Positions 59,557 through 64,000 of a stretch of 64,000 nucleotides of DNA are shown here, in pieces. The notes below the pieces were generated by a model. That model made no database searches. It was not told the origin of the DNA and was given only the letters and a program-made list of their open reading frames with translations. Position 1 is the stretch's first letter. Each line of letters begins with the position of its first letter. The DNA comes from Acidimicrobiia bacterium. GTDB taxonomy: Bacteria > Actinomycetota > Acidimicrobiia > Spongiisociales > ZC4RG35. Position numbers and translations under genes: made by a program. The stretch lies in contig DASUUC010000038.1 of assembly GCA_036374335.1 (NCBI GenBank), forward strand, positions 32,070 to 96,069, read 5' to 3'.

Positions 59557-60792
59557 ATGGACTTCTCTTACAGCGATCGCGTCGAGGATTATCGAGGTCG
59601 CCTCCTCCAGTTCATGGACAGCCACATCTATCCGGCTGAGCCGATCTATCGACGACAGATGGAGGAGTCGGGAGACCCGCATCATCACCCGGCGATTCTG
59701 GAGGACCTGAAGAAGGAGGCGAGGAGCCGGAGCCTGTGGAATCTCTTTCTTCCAGACCCGGTCGACGGGGGAGGTCTCTCTGTTCTCGAATACGCTCCAT
59801 TGGCCGAGATCACGGGACGTAGCGTCTCGATTGCTCCCGAGGCCCTGAACTGCTCGGCACCGGACACCGGGAACATGGAGATCCTCCACATGTTCGGGAC
59901 ACCAGAGCAGAAGGAGTTCTGGCTTCATCCACTACTGGAGGGCGAGATCAGGTCATGTTTCTCCATGACCGAACCCGACGTGGCCAGCTCGGATGCCACC
60001 AACATTCGGACCCGAATCGAACGTGACGGGGACCAGTACGTGATCACCGGCCGAAAGTGGTTCAGTTCCGGAGCAGCCTCGCAGCGCTGCCAATTCTCAA
60101 TCGTCATGGGAGTCACCAACCCCGAAGCCGACCGTCACCGAATGCAGTCCATGGTCATCGTCCCAATGGACACTCCAGGACTCGAGATCGAACGTGAGCC
60201 CACGGTCTTCGGATACCAGGACCGCGGCGGGCATCCCCAGATCCATTTCGACGGTGTCCGTGTGCCCGTTTCGAACTTACTCGGGGAGGAGGGCGGAGGC
60301 TTCGCCATCGCCCAGGCCAGGTTGGGGCCGGGCCGGGTCCATCACTGTATGCGCGCAATTGGGGCGGCGGAGCGCTGCCTCGACTTGATGATCCAGCGCT
60401 CCCAATCTCGGGTTGCGTTCGGTAGACCGCTGGCCGACCAGGGTGTGGTCCGCGAGTGGATCGCCGATGCCCGCATCCAGATCGAGCAAGTCAGGCTGCT
60501 GGTCCTCAAGACCGCGTGGATGATCGACAACGTGGGCACCAAGGGTGCCCGGACTGAGATCGCTGCAATCAAGGTCGCCGCACCCAACTTGTTGACCTCG
60601 ATCGCGGACAACGCCATGCAGCTCTTCGGCGCAGCCGGGTTCACCGAGGATTGGCCCATTGCCAGCCTCTACTCCATGGGACGCTGGCTCCGGATCGCCG
60701 ACGGTCCGGACGAAGTGCACCGCCGGTCGGTGGCCCGCGCCGAGCTGGGGCGTCTCGAGCCTGGGGCCGTGCCCGAGCCATTTCAGGAATAG
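59557..60792 (+). CDS. acyl-CoA dehydrogenase family protein
   Basis: ACAD N, middle and C domains with a catalytic-base region. 411 aa. Confidence 0.8.
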   Translation: MDFSYSDRVEDYRGRLLQFMDSHIYPAEPIYRRQMEESGDPHHHPAILEDLKKEARSRSLWNLFLPDPVDGGGLSVLEYAPLAEITGRSVSIAPEALNCSAPDTGNMEILHMFGTPEQKEFWLHPLLEGEIRSCFSMTEPDVASSDATNIRTRIERDGDQYVITGRKWFSSGAASQRCQFSIVMGVTNPEADRHRMQSMVIVPMDTPGLEIEREPTVFGYQDRGGHPQIHFDGVRVPVSNLLGEEGGGFAIAQARLGPGRVHHCMRAIGAAERCLDLMIQRSQSRVAFGRPLADQGVVREWIADARIQIEQVRLLVLKTAWMIDNVGTKGARTEIAAIKVAAPNLLTSIADNAMQLFGAAGFTEDWPIASLYSMGRWLRIADGPDEVHRRSVARAELGRLEPGAVPEPFQE

Positions 60793-60907
60793 GCGAACCG
60801 CGCGCCGTTCTGATTCGAATATGTCAATGAGCCACGTCTCGATGCAAGTTTCGTGAAGGTGGCCCTGCCTGCGAGCAGGGAACGAAAATCGTTGATTCTG
60901 CGTTTAC

Positions 60908-61198
60908 ATGTGCCCGATGATGATGGGGCGAGCAGTGATTGATCTGACAGTGACACCGTGGAGGGAAGCAGCGGCCTGTCTCGATGTTGAAGGACAGGTC
61001 ACCTTCTTTCCTGACAAAGAAGACTTGGGGGCGATCGTCAAGGCGAAGGCGATCTGTGCGACCTGCCCCGTGGCGGACATCTGCCTGACCTGGGCCCTCG
61101 AGACCAACCAGTCCGAGGGCATCTGGGGCGGGCACACCGCCAAGGAGCGCCGCAAGCTCCGCCGTCGCTGGATGGAGGAGACCCAGAAGGCGAGCTAG
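60908..61198 (+). CDS. WhiB family transcriptional regulator
   Basis: Four Cys (C...C..C.....C), then the GIWGG turn and a basic tail. Confidence 0.8.
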   Translation: MCPMMMGRAVIDLTVTPWREAAACLDVEGQVTFFPDKEDLGAIVKAKAICATCPVADICLTWALETNQSEGIWGGHTAKERRKLRRRWMEETQKAS

Positions 61199-61200
61199 TC

Positions 61201-62208
61201 CTATTCTTCGCCGCGCTGCTCGGCTGGTTCATCGCGATCCGGGCCCCCCTCGGCGGCGATGTGAACCAGGGAGTCGCCCGAGTTGACCAGCGGACGTAGC
61301 GACTGGGCGATCACCCACCCGGTTTCGGCCGCCTTGACCTGGGTGGGACGCATCCCGAAGGCGTCCGATATCGATGCCACTGATTGACCCTTGACCACAT
61401 GCTCGCCGAGACCGACCTGGATGTCGACGATCCCTCCCCGACGCGCCCGAACCCATCGGGTCCTTCGGACCAGCCGGGTGGGGCGGGCCAGGGGCAAACG
61501 GGCGTCGATCATGCCGAGAGACCGCAGCACCCGCAGCACCCCGACCACCCCGGTCTCGATGGCTTCGTCGTCGAAACGGTGGGCCTGTCCGGCTTCGTAG
61601 AGAAGCACTGTCTTCTCCCGCTCGGAGGCCGCCTGGCGCAGCGAGCCATCGCGTAGCCGGGCATGGATCGAGAATGGGGCGCCAAACGCCCTGGCCAGCC
61701 TCAAGGTGGCCTGATCATCCAGGTCAGCTCTGATTTGAGGAAGGTTCATCCGGTGATTGGTGGCGGTATGTAAGTCGATCCCCACAGTGCAGTGGTCCAC
61801 GACTTGTTCCATGAACAGGTGAGCGAGACGAGAGGCCGTCGAGCCCCGCGCCGAGCCCGGAAAGGACCGATTCAGATCGCGTCTGTCAGGGAGGTAGCGA
61901 GACTGGGTGATGAAACCGAGAGGATTCACGATGGGGACGGCGATGACCGCCCCACGCAAGTTCTTGGCGTCCAGGTCCCTGATGACCCGGCGGATGATCT
62001 GGATCCCGTTGAGCTCGTCACCGTGGATCGCAGCAGACAACCAGATGTTCGGGCCTGCCGATCGTCCATTGATCACCTTTACCGGTAGTGATTCGGTGGC
62101 ACCGGTCACCACCCTGGCGAAGGGCAGTTCGATCTGCACCTTTCTGCCGGGTCTCACCGTCACCTGGCCCACGGTTATGGGCTCGTTGATCTTGGTGTCA
62201 AGCGCCAA
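61201..62208 (-). CDS. succinylglutamate desuccinylase/aspartoacylase family protein
   Basis: AstE/AspA zinc carboxypeptidase-like motifs ([10 protein letters not shown]). Overlaps the upstream rimK 3' end. Confidence 0.65.
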   Translation of the reverse strand: MALDTKINEPITVGQVTVRPGRKVQIELPFARVVTGATESLPVKVINGRSAGPNIWLSAAIHGDELNGIQIIRRVIRDLDAKNLRGAVIAVPIVNPLGFITQSRYLPDRRDLNRSFPGSARGSTASRLAHLFMEQVVDHCTVGIDLHTATNHRMNLPQIRADLDDQATLRLARAFGAPFSIHARLRDGSLRQAASEREKTVLLYEAGQAHRFDDEAIETGVVGVLRVLRSLGMIDARLPLARPTRLVRRTRWVRARRGGIVDIQVGLGEHVVKGQSVASISDAFGMRPTQVKAAETGWVIAQSLRPLVNSGDSLVHIAAEGGPDRDEPAEQRGEE

Positions 62209-63073
62209 CGTTGTCTTCGATGTACTCGACGATCTGGTCGGCGATGTCGACGCCGCTGACGGTCTCGATTCCTTCGAGACCAGGCGAGGAGTTGACCTCG
62301 AGGACTATCGGCCCCTCTTCGGATTGAAGCAGGTCGACACCGGCGACGTTCAGCCCCAAGCTCTTGGCAGCCCGAACCGCAGTCGATCGTTCTGAAGGGC
62401 TCAGCTTGATGACCTCGGCTCTTCCACCCCGATGCAGGTTGGAGCGGAAGTCCCCTGGTGCCCCCTGACGTCGCATCGCCGCCACCACCTTGCCTCCGAC
62501 GACGAAAGCCCTGATATCTGTGCCTCCCGCTTCCTTGATGAACTGCTGCACCAGGATGTTGGCGTCGAGCTGCCGGAATGCTCCGATCACCGACTCGGCC
62601 GCTTTCTTGGTCTCGGCGAGCACCACCCCGAGTCCCTGCGTGCCTTCGAGCAATTTGACCACGACCGGGGTCCCACCCACCACCTCGAGAAGCCCGTTGA
62701 TGTCCTGGATGGAATGGGCGAAGCTGGTGGTGGGGAGCCCAACTCCCGACCTGGAGAGGATTTGAAGTGACCGCAGCTTGTCGCGGGACCGACTGATCCC
62801 GTCGGAGCTGTTCAAGGTGAAGACATCGGCCATCTCGAATTGGCGAACCACCGCGGTGCCGTAGAAGGTGTATGAGGCACCAATCCGGGGGATGATGGCG
62901 TGAGGTTGCACTTCCTCTCCCTTGTAGAGGACCTTGGGGCGACGTGCCGTGATGTCCATGTAGCAGCGGAGATAGTCGACGACCGACACTTCGTGACCGC
63001 GGGCGATGGCAGCCTCTCGGAGACGGGCGGTCGAATACAGGGTCGCGCCTCTGGAGAGGACCGCGATCTTCAC
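62198..63073 (-). CDS. rimK: RimK family alpha-L-glutamate ligase (ATP-grasp)
   Basis: MKIAVLSRG start with ATP-grasp motifs. 291 aa. Confidence 0.8.
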   Translation of the reverse strand: MKIAVLSRGATLYSTARLREAAIARGHEVSVVDYLRCYMDITARRPKVLYKGEEVQPHAIIPRIGASYTFYGTAVVRQFEMADVFTLNSSDGISRSRDKLRSLQILSRSGVGLPTTSFAHSIQDINGLLEVVGGTPVVVKLLEGTQGLGVVLAETKKAAESVIGAFRQLDANILVQQFIKEAGGTDIRAFVVGGKVVAAMRRQGAPGDFRSNLHRGGRAEVIKLSPSERSTAVRAAKSLGLNVAGVDLLQSEEGPIVLEVNSSPGLEGIETVSGVDIADQIVEYIEDNVGA

Positions 63074-63525
63074 GCGTCCGACTCTCTGGTCGGGCGGCCA
63101 CCGATGTAGCTGCGACCCGGGTCGACCAGGAAGCGATTCCTCACCGTCCTGCGACCCAGGAGCATGCGGAACGTCATCTCGTCTCTCGTGGTCAGGTTCA
63201 CCAATGCGTCGAGCTCCTCTCCGGCGAGTACCAGCTTGGTCCGAATCACCGGTCGAAGCTCAGAGCGGCCACCCGGGTTCTTCACCTTACGCTCCCCAAC
63301 GACCGGGGTAACACAGTCGATACTCGGCTTGCGCTTCCTCTGCCGAGGATGGATCTCGAAACGAACCATCTCCACCCCGTCTTCGGAGAAGCGTTCGATG
63401 TCGAAGGCATGAAGCGAGGAGTTGTCGGCTCCGGTGTCGACCTTTGCCTTGACCTCCACGATCCCGAGGTCAGGCATTGCGACCCATTCCCGCCAGCCGA
63501 TCGTCTTTCGCCTGCTCGTTTCCAC
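63070..63525 (-). CDS. RimK-associated ATP-dependent zinc protease-like (DUF785, retropepsin-like) protein
   Basis: [12 protein letters not shown] aspartic-protease-like motif. Overlaps the rimK start by 4 nt. Confidence 0.55.
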   Translation of the reverse strand: METSRRKTIGWREWVAMPDLGIVEVKAKVDTGADNSSLHAFDIERFSEDGVEMVRFEIHPRQRKRKPSIDCVTPVVGERKVKNPGGRSELRPVIRTKLVLAGEELDALVNLTTRDEMTFRMLLGRRTVRNRFLVDPGRSYIGGRPTRESDA

Positions 63526-63602
63526 GGGAACGCAGACTAGGAGGATCCCGGTCGTTGCGACGGCCCGGACTCGTACTCCTCAGCCTCTGGGCTACGATGA
63601 AC

Positions 63603-63660
63603 AAATCTGATATTTGACATATCAGATTTAGTCATGCATAATGAACTAGTAATCGTAGTG
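63603..63660 (+). promoter_or_regulatory. AT-rich sigma70-type promoter (TTGACA-N17-CATAAT) for hsp20, with a perfect 11-bp inverted repeat AAATCTGATAT-TTGAC-ATATCAGATTT overlapping the -35
   Basis: -35 TTGACA at 63614-63619, -10 CATAAT at 63637-63642. Strong SD AAAGGAGG at 63671-63678. Flanked by outer CTACGAT/ATCGTAG repeat. Confidence 0.55.
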
Positions 63661-63687
63661 ATGTTTGCACAAAGGAGGACATTCAAC

Positions 63688-64000
63688 ATGCTTATGAGAT
63701 TCGACCCATTCGGTGATTTCGACCGTCTCAGCCGTCAAGTCTGGGGTAACACGCGCAGCAACTTCATGCCTGCCGATGCCTATCGTCAGGATGACAAGTT
63801 CTATCTGCACATCGATCTCCCAGGAGTCGACCCCGAATCCATCGATGTGACGGTGGAGAAGAACAATCTCACCGTCTCGGCCGAGCGCAAGTGGGAGCGT
63901 GGTGACGAGCAGGTATTGCTCAACGAACGGCCCTCGGGCATGTTCTCGAGGCAGTTCTTCCTCGGCGAGAACCTCGACACGGATGCGATCGAGGCCGGAT
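63688..64000 (+). CDS. Hsp20/alpha-crystallin family small heat-shock protein (3' end outside the window)
   Basis: MLMRFDPFGDFDRLSRQVWG...DKFYLHIDLPGVDPESIDV... is the alpha-crystallin domain. Preceded by a strong RBS. Confidence 0.8.
   Translation, partial: MLMRFDPFGDFDRLSRQVWGNTRSNFMPADAYRQDDKFYLHIDLPGVDPESIDVTVEKNNLTVSAERKWERGDEQVLLNERPSGMFSRQFFLGENLDTDAIEAG

Noticed and set aside
63603-63660. CIRCE (HrcA) or HAIR (HspR) heat-shock operator at hsp20
   Set aside because: The palindrome AAATCTGATAT/ATATCAGATTT matches neither TTAGCACTC-N9-GAGTGCTAA nor CTTGAGT-N7-ACTCAAG.
1-64000. Mobile elements, integrases, prophage, toxin-antitoxin or defence systems
   Set aside because: No transposase-, integrase-, recombinase-, Cas-, restriction- or toxin-like products were recognised. 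Gene content and uniform GC (except the hsp20 promoter island) look like core chromosome.

Overview
High-GC (about 65-70%) actinobacterial-type chromosomal segment, densely packed with roughly 70 protein-coding genes on both strands. Many genes are translationally coupled through 4-nt ATGA/GTGA/TAATG overlaps. Content is mostly core metabolism and housekeeping. It includes the proC-proline dehydrogenase pair, the ClpS-DUF2017 pair, an XRE regulator coupled to an HbhA-like gene, DAHP synthase, and the GlnE/NadE divergent pair. It also includes MgtE, GreA, pyruvate:ferredoxin oxidoreductase, SelD, and a caa3-type cytochrome c oxidase cluster (ctaB, ctaC, ctaD, ctaE, subunit IV) with putative copper-handling lipoproteins. 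Other genes are two F420/LLM oxidoreductases, Tag, GCS2, a sulfite-oxidase-like Mo enzyme, rhodanese, a 5'-3' exonuclease, NhaA, class II Fba, NucS/EndoMS, TrmL, WhiB, a DUF785-RimK-AstE/AspA trio, and a 3'-truncated Hsp20 gene. I found no rRNA, tRNA, CRISPR, transposase, integrase or phage-like genes, and no obvious defence island. The signals I consider most worth follow-up are listed here. (i) SelD is a selenoprotein: an in-frame TGA is followed by a SECIS-like hairpin, so ORF-based calls truncate its N-terminus. (ii) A roughly 37-bp palindromic element occurs three times, each immediately after a stop codon. (iii) Long inverted repeats sharing a TTCTGTG/CACAGAA core sit at two intergenic sites. 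(iv) An AT-rich sigma70-like promoter with a perfect 11-bp inverted repeat over its -35 lies upstream of hsp20. (v) An uncharacterised 371-aa zinc-ribbon protein sits in a ClpS/DUF2017/MobA-like/DUF4332 neighbourhood. (vi) The glnE and nadE genes diverge with overlapping 5' ends. All functional calls are from motif and family recognition by eye; no database search was possible.
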